NCBI GenBank assembly: GCA_965223325.1
Contig: CBDCWI010000002.1
Location: forward strand, 1,376,001 to 1,440,000
Source: Candidatus Multivoradales bacterium
Lineage (GTDB): Bacteria; Acidobacteriota; Thermoanaerobaculia; Multivoradales; Multivoraceae
Direction: 5' to 3'
Length of the DNA stretch: 64,000 nt
Part shown: one piece after another, positions 20,198 through 28,762 of the stretch
Layout of the letters: the number at the start of each line of letters is the position of its first letter
Position numbering within the stretch: the stretch's first letter is position 1
Made by a program: the position numbers and the translations under genes
Notes under the pieces: generated by a model
Database searches by the model: none
Told to the model about the DNA's origin: nothing
What the model saw: the letters and a program-made list of their open reading frames with translations, nothing else

Positions 20198-20347
20198 TCA
20201 CGCGTCCAGACGCAAACGCAAGCTCTCGATCTCGTCTTCGAGACCGCGAGCCGTGGAACGAACGCTGCTTCGCCTCATCGAGGCTCCAATCCAGGCGAAC
20301 AGCAGCATGACGATCGCTGTAAGGAGGAAGAAGGTCGGAAAGAGCAT
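20198..20347 (-). CDS. 49-aa single-TM small protein (ArfB-like position; below ORF-track cutoff)
   Basis: MLFPTFFLLTAIVMLLFAWIGASMRRSSVRSTARGLEDEIESLRLRLDA; starts 5 nt after the OmpA stop and ends just before the AGGAGG RBS of the next gene. Confidence 0.75.
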   Translation of the reverse strand: MLFPTFFLLTAIVMLLFAWIGASMRRSSVRSTARGLEDEIESLRLRLDA

Positions 20348-20352
20348 GCCCA

Positions 20353-21069
20353 CTACTGAATCCCTCCGTACTGGATCTCGACCCGGCGATTGCTCTCGCG
20401 TGGCGCGTTCTCGTCTTCGGAGACCGCCAGGGACGTTTCACCGGCGCCGCGGACGGAAATCCGGTCGGCACTGACGCCGCGGACTGTGAGGTACTCGGAA
20501 ACCGCGGTCGAGCGGCGCTCTGACAAACGCTGGTTGTAGGCCGCGTTGCCCTGCGAGTCTGTGTGCCCGGTGAGGGTGAGGGTCAGGTTGGGACACTGTT
20601 CTGCGACTTCGGCGACCCGATCGAGGGCCGTGGTGGCATCAGGGCGCAGCACAGCACGATCGGAGTCGAAACGCACCTGGACGTTGGCCAGTGCCGCATC
20701 CATCGCGCTCCGGCAGTCGATCGCAACGGTTTCGGAAGCCAGGTCAGGCGAAGCAACAGCCTCCGTCGCCGGTTCTGGTGCTGGCTCGGAGACCGCTCGC
20801 ACCGTCAGCTGGTTGTCGACCCGCCGTACCCACGGGTCATCCAGAGCCGCCCGCTCGGCCGCCTCGAGCGCCGCCTCGTCGGCCACTTCGCCAGTCAGAA
20901 CGAGCTCTACGAGACCCGGATGGGAAACCTCGACTGCGCTATTGGCGATTCGATCCTGAGCTCCCGCCACCACCGACGCACGGAGCGGGTCGAGGTGACA
21001 CTGCGTACAGAAGAAGCAGATGCCCAAGAAGGCGCCAAGACCGATCAACCAGGTCAGGGCTCGACTCAT
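20353..21069 (-). CDS. Membrane-anchored BON + OmpA-like peptidoglycan-binding protein (ArfA/Rv0899-like architecture)
   Basis: N-terminal TM; LVLTGEV...VRRVDNQLTV (BON); FDSD, GHTDSQG, NQRLSERR, NRRVEI (OmpA_C). Confidence 0.9.
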   Translation of the reverse strand: MSRALTWLIGLGAFLGICFFCTQCHLDPLRASVVAGAQDRIANSAVEVSHPGLVELVLTGEVADEAALEAAERAALDDPWVRRVDNQLTVRAVSEPAPEPATEAVASPDLASETVAIDCRSAMDAALANVQVRFDSDRAVLRPDATTALDRVAEVAEQCPNLTLTLTGHTDSQGNAAYNQRLSERRSTAVSEYLTVRGVSADRISVRGAGETSLAVSEDENAPRESNRRVEIQYGGIQ

Positions 21070-21535
21070 CGGAAGGATCTCCTAGAAACGTTCGGTACCC
21101 CGCCCCTCAGTCTCGGGTGCTGCGAGTCGCGGTCTCCGGCCGCCTGTTGGCAGCCTCGAAAACCCACACCCCTCCCCCGAAGCCAGGTTCATTCGAACCC
21201 GAAACCCCGACAGGACCTCGCAACGCGTCACCGCGCCACCACTGAGCTAAGGAAAGCGTGCGTTCAATATGCTTTCGCCACGGCGGGTTGTCAACCACGA
21301 GCCAGCGGCACCGAGCCACGATTACGACAACCTTGCGCCCGAGAGAACCGACCTGTCGAGAGTTATTCGAGTTTCGAACGGGTCGCTGACCCACCGGGAA
21401 ATCCTTTGATTCTTCACTTTGCACCGAACGAGCACAGCGGGCCCAGAAAGTTGCGCGAGAGCGCCAGGAAAGGGCGCCCGCACCCACCGGCGGAACACCG
21501 AAAAGCTCCCCGCTTCCGATAGCCTCGCGACCACT

Positions 21536-22720
21536 TTGCGCATCGCCTACCTCCACTACCTCTGGGGCTCGGATACTGCTCTCCTGCATGTCGAGCAACT
21601 GACGCGGGCCCTTGGTGACCTCGGGCACGAGGTCTCGGTGCACGCCCTCAACCTGGCACCGACAGAAGCCGGCGAAGGAACACCCGCCGGGCGCCGGGCG
21701 CGGTCGCTTCTGAAACGCCTCGCGCGACGCTGGCTCCACGAGCCCAAGGAACTGCTCTGGAACCTGCGCTATCTCCCCTCGGAGGTCGCTGCGCTGCGCA
21801 CGGCCGATGTCGCTCTGGTGCGAGCAGAACCCCTCGGAGCCAGCTGGATTCGAGCGGCGCGCAAGACCGGTGTTCCGGTGGTCGCCGAGGTCAACTCTCC
21901 GGTCCTCGAAACGGTCGAGTACCAACCCGAGTACACCCATCTCCCCTGGATCGCCGGCGCCCTCGAGCGCTATCGCACCAAGAACGCCAACGCCACGATC
22001 ACCGTCTCGGGACCGCTGGCGGACCATCTGGTCAAAACGACAGGGGTCTCGCCCGACCGCGTCACGGTGATCGCCAATGGCGCCGACGCCGAGCGCTTTC
22101 ACCCTGACGTCGCACCGGACAGAGAAGCCGCCGCCTTCCGCCGAACTCTCGGTTCGGGCAGCGTCGTCGGCTTCGTGGGCTCGTTTCAGTACTTCCACGG
22201 GCCTGACCTTCTCGCGGACATCCTCGGGCGCGTCCTCGAAGCCGACCAGACGACCGGCGTCATCCTGGTCGGCGATGGGCCCGGCCGGAGCGGCATCCTC
22301 GAGAAACTCGCCGTCCACCGCAACCGCGTCTTCCCGACCGGGCGCGTCGACCATGCCAGGGTGCCCGGACTGGTCGCAGCGATGGATGTCACTTTGCTTG
22401 CCGAGACCGCGTTCTACTGCTGCCCACTCAAGGTCCTCGAATGGGCGGCCGCCGGTCGTGCGGTCGTCGCACCGCGACAGGAGTCGGTTGCAGAGTTGCT
22501 CACCGACGGCGAAGCGGCCGCTCTCTTTCCCCCCGGCGACGCGGCCGCCGCCGCTCAAACGGTCGCCGCCCTGCTCACCGACCCGGAGCGCTCTTCGAAG
22601 CTCGGATGCGCCGCCGCGGCCCGCATTCGCGACGAGCTCACCTGGAGCCATACCGCCCGCAGGGTTGCGCGCGTGCTCAGAGAGGTGCGCGAGGACGCGG
22701 CCGTCGGTTCGGCAGGCTAG
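21536..22720 (+). CDS. Glycosyltransferase family 4 (GT-B)
   Basis: LRIAYL, VIANGAD, VGFVGSF, VGDGP, PLKVLEWAAAG; start uncertain. Confidence 0.88.
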   Translation: MRIAYLHYLWGSDTALLHVEQLTRALGDLGHEVSVHALNLAPTEAGEGTPAGRRARSLLKRLARRWLHEPKELLWNLRYLPSEVAALRTADVALVRAEPLGASWIRAARKTGVPVVAEVNSPVLETVEYQPEYTHLPWIAGALERYRTKNANATITVSGPLADHLVKTTGVSPDRVTVIANGADAERFHPDVAPDREAAAFRRTLGSGSVVGFVGSFQYFHGPDLLADILGRVLEADQTTGVILVGDGPGRSGILEKLAVHRNRVFPTGRVDHARVPGLVAAMDVTLLAETAFYCCPLKVLEWAAAGRAVVAPRQESVAELLTDGEAAALFPPGDAAAAAQTVAALLTDPERSSKLGCAAAARIRDELTWSHTARRVARVLREVREDAAVGSAG

Positions 22721-23490
22721 TCCCCCGGGGCGTCGCCAGGGTCGGAGTCGTCTTCATCGGGCCAGTGCACCCTGAAGCGTCGCCCACCTACGACCAGGTG
22801 CTCGAGATCCTCGTCCATTCCGCGAAGCAGGTCGAAACGCACCATGTCGGCCAGCATCACTTCGCCATGCCTGGAAGACTGAGCGAACAGGCGCTCGTAC
22901 TGATCGAAGCGCAGCGTCTCGAGGTCGAGCGAATCTCGTTCGCTGTTGTCGAGCACCACCGACAGGCTGCCCTCCTCGTCCAACTGATGACTCCGGCCGG
23001 TCAACGGCGTGATCAGACAATCCAGGTAGCTCTTGTCGTACCACTCGTCACTGACCCGGTACTCGAAGAACCACAGTCCGAGTTCAGGCTCCCACCCCAT
23101 GTTCTCGAGAAAGAAGCGCTGGAGACGTTCAGCCACCGGTCGCCCCTGCCACCACCACTTGCGCTCGAGGTCGACGTGAATCGGCTCGTAGCGAAACTCG
23201 GCCAACGCCTCGTCGAGAGGCACACCACGCGCTAGGGCACGCGCAATCGGTACCGGTGAGTAGGTGCCTCTAGCGAGACCAGGCAGGCGCGCGACCAGGT
23301 CCTCTAGAACTGCGCCAACGGCTGGGTCCGCCAGAACCGAGTCGGCGGTTGCGGGGTCGCCCAGGAGGACCTCCCACTGGGAGTCGATGAGCGGATTCTG
23401 GAAATGCTTGCCGTACTTGAAGAACAGGTAGCAGCTCTCGACCGCGAGCAGCCGGGCCGCTATTCGAACGGGATGTTCGGATGCGACCAA
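22717..23490 (-). CDS. Hypothetical protein, C-half resembles DUF1285
   Basis: IHVDLERKWWWQGRPV...FFLENM...LSVVLDNSERDSLDLETL; start uncertain (ORF-track start overlaps the ADH gene). Confidence 0.6.
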   Translation of the reverse strand: MVASEHPVRIAARLLAVESCYLFFKYGKHFQNPLIDSQWEVLLGDPATADSVLADPAVGAVLEDLVARLPGLARGTYSPVPIARALARGVPLDEALAEFRYEPIHVDLERKWWWQGRPVAERLQRFFLENMGWEPELGLWFFEYRVSDEWYDKSYLDCLITPLTGRSHQLDEEGSLSVVLDNSERDSLDLETLRFDQYERLFAQSSRHGEVMLADMVRFDLLRGMDEDLEHLVVGGRRFRVHWPDEDDSDPGDAPGD

Positions 23491-23524
23491 GCAGGTTCTT
23501 CGTGTCCGGCGCGCAGACCGCGAG

Positions 23525-24613
23525 TCAGGAATCGAAGACGATGACCTGACGCGCGACCTCACCGGTCTTGAGCGCATCGAGAGCATCGTTTATGCCCGCC
23601 AGTGGAATCTCATCCGAGATCAGCGCATCGAGTTCCAGGCGGCCATTCAGGTAGAGCTCAACGTAGCGTGGCATATCGAGACGGAACTGGTTCGAACCCA
23701 TCAACGAACCCTGGATCTTCTTCTCCTGGAGGAACTCAGGCCCGTGCAGCTCGATGTTCGTTCCGACCGGAATCATGCCGATCACGGTCGCGGTACCACC
23801 GGGGCGCAACATCTTGAAGGACTGCTCGGTGGTGACCTTGAGCCCAATGGCCTCGAAGGAGTAGTGCACCCCGCCCGAGGTCAACTCGCGCACCGCACCC
23901 ACGACGTCGTCGGTTTCGCCGGCGTTGACCGTGTGGCTCGCTCCGAACTTCTTCGCCAGCTCGAGCTTCGAGCCCAGACGATCGACCGCAATCACCCGGC
24001 CGGCGCCTGCCAGCGCGGCGCCGTTGATGCAGCTCAAACCAACGCCGCCGCACCCGATGACCGCAACGTCGGTGCCCGGCTCGACCGCTGCCGTACGGAA
24101 GACCGCACCTAGACCGGTGGTCACGGCACAGCCAATGACAGCGGCGCGGTTCATGGGCATGTCCTTGCGGATTTTCACGATCGCGTGTTCGTGGACCAGC
24201 ATCTGTTCCGCAAACGAAGACAGGTGTAGAAACTGGTGCATGCCGACTCCCTGCCGGGTCATGCGCGGCTCGGCGTCGTGTGGACGGTCGGTGGCCGAGC
24301 CGCCGCAGCGACTCAGGTGCCCACCGAGACAGTGCTCACAGGATCCACAGAAGACCGACAGGCAGGTAATGACGTGATCACCCGGTTCGACATAGCTGAC
24401 GTCGCTTCCAACCTGCTCGACGACCCCGCACGACTCGTGGCCGAGCACGGTAGGCAACGGCACCGGATAGGAGCCTTCGACGAAGTGCAGGTCGCTGTGG
24501 CAAACCCCCGCCACCGCGGTGCGAATCAGAACCTCGCGAGGGCCCGGCTTGTCGATCTGGATGTCTTCGATCTCGAGTGGTTTGCCCACCTCACACAGAA
24601 CAGCGGCCTTCAT
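23525..24613 (-). CDS. Zn-dependent alcohol dehydrogenase (MDR, class III-like)
   Basis: GVCHSD, GHE, CGSCEHC-x7-C, GCAVTTG, GCGGVG. Confidence 0.95.
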   Translation of the reverse strand: MKAAVLCEVGKPLEIEDIQIDKPGPREVLIRTAVAGVCHSDLHFVEGSYPVPLPTVLGHESCGVVEQVGSDVSYVEPGDHVITCLSVFCGSCEHCLGGHLSRCGGSATDRPHDAEPRMTRQGVGMHQFLHLSSFAEQMLVHEHAIVKIRKDMPMNRAAVIGCAVTTGLGAVFRTAAVEPGTDVAVIGCGGVGLSCINGAALAGAGRVIAVDRLGSKLELAKKFGASHTVNAGETDDVVGAVRELTSGGVHYSFEAIGLKVTTEQSFKMLRPGGTATVIGMIPVGTNIELHGPEFLQEKKIQGSLMGSNQFRLDMPRYVELYLNGRLELDALISDEIPLAGINDALDALKTGEVARQVIVFDS

Positions 24614-24664
24614 GGAGCATCTCCGGGTCTTTGATTCTACGAACCGACGGGGAAACTCACTCTC

Positions 24665-25288
24665 CTATGTCGGACTGCGGCGCGTCAAGGCACGAACCGT
24701 TCTAGTTTCGGCGGCGCTCCCGACATCGACGGTGGGTTCTGGACACGGTGTCGCGGCTTCGAAGCCCTTCATCCAAACTGGCGACGGTAGGCCATTTCGA
24801 CCGCCGTCAACGTCGTCCAGGCCCTCGGCGAGGACTCGCCCCAGAGCAGCGATCAGATCCTCGATCGCAAACGGCATCTCGACCAACTCGCTTCGCTCAG
24901 CCGGCCCCAGGGGATCATCGGCGCAACGCAAGAGATGGAGAAAACGCCGCGCAGCACCACTCCCTTCGAGGCGGTACTCGCTCACCACGAGGTCGAAGCG
25001 CGGCGCCTCATCGTCGTTCGAAGCCGCATTCTCGGGGTCGATCCGGCCCGCAACCAGACCCGTTGCATCCGCCACCCAGGTGGTCTCGATCCCCTGGGTC
25101 TCGAGCATCGCCTGGATCAACTCGGCGCGCGCCGGGCGGGCGTCGACGACCAGCGCACGCGGGGCCTGCCAGACACCGCCGGAGAACTCGTAAGCCCTTT
25201 TCTTACAGAGACTTACAGAATCCTCTCCGGCGCGGTCCGTGGCCGGGCGCTGATGCGGGAACTGGTGGGGATACACGGTGCTGGCCAT
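24665..25288 (-). CDS. Atypical stand-alone receiver-like domain protein
   Basis: ALVVD...AMLETQG...FDLVVSEYRL...EMPFAIEDLIAALGRVL follows the receiver pattern, with Asp>Glu and Lys>Met at key positions; AGGA-like RBS absent, boundaries uncertain. Confidence 0.55.
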   Translation of the reverse strand: MASTVYPHQFPHQRPATDRAGEDSVSLCKKRAYEFSGGVWQAPRALVVDARPARAELIQAMLETQGIETTWVADATGLVAGRIDPENAASNDDEAPRFDLVVSEYRLEGSGAARRFLHLLRCADDPLGPAERSELVEMPFAIEDLIAALGRVLAEGLDDVDGGRNGLPSPVWMKGFEAATPCPEPTVDVGSAAETRTVRALTRRSPT

Positions 25289-25340
25289 CCTCTAGGAGAA
25301 GGGAGTCCACTCGGGCGCCCATTGCCCCTCCGCGGCGCCG

Positions 25341-26900
25341 CTATTCGGGATCGAGGTATCCGAGCGCCTCGAGCTCCTCGCGATGGCGCGCATCGACCGC
25401 ACTCGGTGCGAGCAACCTCGCCCGCTCACGCATTTCTCGATAGGCCAGCTCGACGTCGGCCAGCATCGCGTAGCCGGTGGCGAGGACCTCGGGATCGAGG
25501 TCTTCGGGTCCCAGGGAGAAGCGCTCGTAGGGATCGCTCGCCAGGTCGAAGAACTCGGGGCCCGAGAGGATGCGCCCTGGCGGTGTTTCCGGAGCTCCAG
25601 GTTCGGGCTCGATCGAGGCGATCAACTTGTAGCGCCCGCGCACCAGAGCCAGGCGCTCGCCGACCGTCCAGTCCCAGTGCACCAGTTCCTCGACCCGGGG
25701 CCGACGGACAGCAAACGAGGTGACGACCTCGCGAGGGGGCAAGGCGCCCGACGCCGCGCGCGCGATGGCCGCCCACAAAGGTCGGCCGGACGGGGCTCGG
25801 ACGTCGTCGCTACCTGCCGTTCGACGGCCGGCGCCGATCGCACCCCATCGTTGACGCGCCTCGTCACCAAGCAGGTCGACGAGCCCGGCGCCCAGGTCCA
25901 CCAGCTGCAGCGCCTCGCCGCTCGAGTGGCCGGGCCCGATGACCTCGGGCCAGCGCATGACCAGGGGCACCCGCAACTGCTCCTCGTAGACATGTTTTCC
26001 GTGGCCGAGGAAGTCGTGGTTGCCCAGACCTTCGCCATGATCGGCGGTGACCACCCACAAGATGTCGCCGGCCTGCTCCGTGAGTTGTTCGTCGAGCCAA
26101 CCGAGTTGTTCATCGACGAAGCGAATCTGCGCGTCGTAGCGATCGAGGCGGGCGAGCAGCTCTGCTAGACCGTCCTCGTTGACCACCACTCCGTGACGAT
26201 CGTTGACCCAGGCGAGGAAGGCTGGCGAGCGATAGGTGGCGTCCTGACGAAGACGGCGCATCGACGAGCGCGGGAGCCAATGCCGGCGTGGCCACTCGTG
26301 TACGTCGAAAAGGTGGATCCAGACGAACCAGGGTTGGTCCTCGGGTTGCGCTCTGATCCAGTCCCAGGCCGCGCTGGTCAGGTACGCCGCGTTCTCGAGT
26401 TGTGGCGGCACCGGGGCATGTTCGAAGCCGCGCTTCGTGCCATCGAGAAAGTGGACCGGCGTAAAGGCGGCGGTCTTCCACCCGGCGTCACGATAGCGCT
26501 CGGCGAGCGTCGGGATGCTGTCGTCCAGCACCTCACCGTTGTGGCGCACACCGTGCTCGGGAGGGTGTAGCCCAGTGAACAGGGAGGCGTGCGCCGGTGC
26601 CGTATGCGAACAGGAGGTCCGCACCTCTTCGAACCAGATGCCTTCGGCAGCCAGGCGATCGAGAAAGGGTGTGGTCTCGCGGGGGTATCCGGCAAAGCGC
26701 AGGTGGTCGGCACGCAAGGTGTCGATGGTCACCAGAAGAACGCGTTGCGGCGCCGAAGGAACATTCTCGGAACCGCTCGCAGGGGAGCCCTTTCGTGATC
26801 CATTGGGGTCACCGCTACAAGCGTGGAGAAACAGGCCCGCCAACAGGCCCGCCGACAGGATCGGGATCGGGATCGGGATCGGGAAACGTCCGAACCTCAC
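25341..26900 (-). CDS. Sulfatase-like (alkaline phosphatase superfamily) probable lipoprotein, Thr at nucleophile position
   Basis: LFLHAC lipobox-like, VTIDTLRADHL, TAPAHASLFTG, HLFDVH, TADHGE, GHG, C-terminal ELEALGYL. Confidence 0.88.
   Translation of the reverse strand: MRFGRFPIPIPIPILSAGLLAGLFLHACSGDPNGSRKGSPASGSENVPSAPQRVLLVTIDTLRADHLRFAGYPRETTPFLDRLAAEGIWFEEVRTSCSHTAPAHASLFTGLHPPEHGVRHNGEVLDDSIPTLAERYRDAGWKTAAFTPVHFLDGTKRGFEHAPVPPQLENAAYLTSAAWDWIRAQPEDQPWFVWIHLFDVHEWPRRHWLPRSSMRRLRQDATYRSPAFLAWVNDRHGVVVNEDGLAELLARLDRYDAQIRFVDEQLGWLDEQLTEQAGDILWVVTADHGEGLGNHDFLGHGKHVYEEQLRVPLVMRWPEVIGPGHSSGEALQLVDLGAGLVDLLGDEARQRWGAIGAGRRTAGSDDVRAPSGRPLWAAIARAASGALPPREVVTSFAVRRPRVEELVHWDWTVGERLALVRGRYKLIASIEPEPGAPETPPGRILSGPEFFDLASDPYERFSLGPEDLDPEVLATGYAMLADVELAYREMRERARLLAPSAVDARHREELEALGYLDPE
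26859..26884. repeat. (GGGATC)n hexamer repeat encoding IPIPIPI in the sulfatase signal region
   Basis: ga tcgggatcgg gatcgggatc ggga read directly. Confidence 0.8.
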
Positions 26901-27940
26901 CTTGAACCGCCCTCTTTCCCGGTCACCTGCGCTTCGAGACCCATGGCCTCGGCGAGCAGCCGGTAGGAACGCAACCGGTCTTCGAAAGCGTAGGTGATCG
27001 TCAACACGATGACCTCCTCGGCGCCGTGCTCCGCCGCCAGCTCTTCGAGACGGCGAGCGACGCTCTCGGGCGAGCCATGGATCGAGCGCGCCTTCAACGC
27101 CTCGAGAGTCGCGCGCGCACCCTGGTCGAGCTCTCGCGCCTCACGGAGCGCCGTCTCCGGTGACGGAAAGGGACCGGGACGACCGGCGGTCAGGCGAATC
27201 CACCACATGAAGCGAGACATCGACAGGCGCGCCGCCTCCTCGTCGGTCGCGGCCACCAGCGCCGATACCCCCAGCGCGACGTGAGGGGCCGCCACATCGC
27301 CGCCCTCGAAATTGTTGCGGTAGGTGAAAAGTGCAGCGGCCGTCTCGCGCGGGGCGATGAAATGGGCGTGACAATAGCGGCAACCGAAGTAGGCTGCCAG
27401 CTCGGCGCTCCCGCCGCTCGAACCGAGCAGCCACACTTCGGGAGGCGAAGTCACCTCCGGCAGAGCCCGCACGCGCTCGAAGGGATGCCCGGCCGGCAGC
27501 CCGTCACCGAGATAGCCCAGCAGGTCGCGGACCTGGTGCGCAAAGCGCTCGCCGGGGCTCCCGCCACCTCCACTGAGTGCCGCCGCCGTCAGGCCGTCGC
27601 TACCCGGAGCCCGCCCCAGACCGAGATCGATGCGACCTGGAAACATGGCTTCGAGCAGGCGGAAGTTCTCGGCCACCTTGAGCGGACTGTAGTGGCTCAG
27701 CATGACGCCACCGGTGCCGACGCGCAGGTGCTGGCTGACCGCCGCGAGCCGCGGCACAAGAATCTCGGGACTCGCACACGACAGGGCTCCCGATGCGTGA
27801 TGCTCCGCGATCCAATAGCGGTGGTAACCCAACTGGTCGACCTGCCGAGCAAGCTCAACGCTCTGGGCCAGTGCTTCGGCCGCGGTGCCACCGGACCGGA
27901 TGGGCACCTGGTCGAGGACTCCGAGTTGGAGGTCAGTCAA
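26897..27940 (-). CDS. LLM class flavin-dependent oxidoreductase (luciferase-like)
   Basis: LGVLDQ, GYHRYWIAEHH, GGVMLSHYSPLKVAENF, GRIDLGLGRAPG, WLLGSS. Confidence 0.95.
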   Translation of the reverse strand: MTDLQLGVLDQVPIRSGGTAAEALAQSVELARQVDQLGYHRYWIAEHHASGALSCASPEILVPRLAAVSQHLRVGTGGVMLSHYSPLKVAENFRLLEAMFPGRIDLGLGRAPGSDGLTAAALSGGGGSPGERFAHQVRDLLGYLGDGLPAGHPFERVRALPEVTSPPEVWLLGSSGGSAELAAYFGCRYCHAHFIAPRETAAALFTYRNNFEGGDVAAPHVALGVSALVAATDEEAARLSMSRFMWWIRLTAGRPGPFPSPETALREARELDQGARATLEALKARSIHGSPESVARRLEELAAEHGAEEVIVLTITYAFEDRLRSYRLLAEAMGLEAQVTGKEGGSR

Positions 27941-28575
27941 TGCACCCACTCCGGGCAGTCGCCACGTCGTTGTCGCTCGCGGCGTGCCCAGCGGGTCAGG
28001 AACTCGAGCTGGGTCGCTGGGTGCTGAATGCCGCCGACTGGGAAGTCACCGAGCAGGAAGGCCGGCACACCGACGACGCCGAGCTGTGCCGCTGCCCGCG
28101 TCGCCTCGATCAGGCGGTCTCCGTCGGGGTCAGAAGGTGGTTGCCCGCTCGAGCCGGCGCGCAGGTACAGCTCTTCGGCCATGTCGGCGTCATCGAGAAC
28201 CCGTCCATGACGGTAGACCTCCTGCCAGACCGTGTTGCGAAAGGTGCGTTCCCTCTCCTGGTCGAGCTCCGCCAGACAGAGCGCCACGTCATGGACCTGG
28301 CGCGAGTCCATCCAGAAGTCGGGCAGCACGACCTCGACCTCGAGCGAGCGGGCGACCTCGGCGACTCCCGCGCGGCGCCGGCCTGCGAGACGGTCACCTC
28401 GCTGCCAGCCGGAGAGCAGCGTGAGGTCGACCGGGTGCCAGGTGAGTCGCACACCCGCCGCCAGCAACGGCTGTTCGATCTGGGCGGTCACCTCGTGGGC
28501 CACGAAGCAGATGGCCGAGGCGAAGTCGTAGAAGACCGGAACTTCGAAGGCGGTGTCCTGAGAGTGGGTGATCAT
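27937..28575 (-). CDS. DsbA/FrnE/HCCA-isomerase-like thioredoxin-fold protein (SxxC)
   Basis: FYDFASAICF, LGVVGVPAF cis-Pro loop; TTGA overlap with the LLM gene. Confidence 0.8.
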   Translation of the reverse strand: MITHSQDTAFEVPVFYDFASAICFVAHEVTAQIEQPLLAAGVRLTWHPVDLTLLSGWQRGDRLAGRRRAGVAEVARSLEVEVVLPDFWMDSRQVHDVALCLAELDQERERTFRNTVWQEVYRHGRVLDDADMAEELYLRAGSSGQPPSDPDGDRLIEATRAAAQLGVVGVPAFLLGDFPVGGIQHPATQLEFLTRWARRERQRRGDCPEWVH

Positions 28576-28762
28576 CAGAGCGGATCCGGGGACTCGAAGC
28601 GCGGGTCGAGCATGATTCGTTGGACCGTGTGGGCAGACCCTACACCGGCCTGTAGGATAGGAATCCGAGGTGTGACCCGCCCCGGTCGCCTGCCTGCCCC
28701 ACCCCTCTCCGCCCGCCCCCACCACTCCTCCCGCAACACTTCTTCGCCACCTCCGAGACTGC

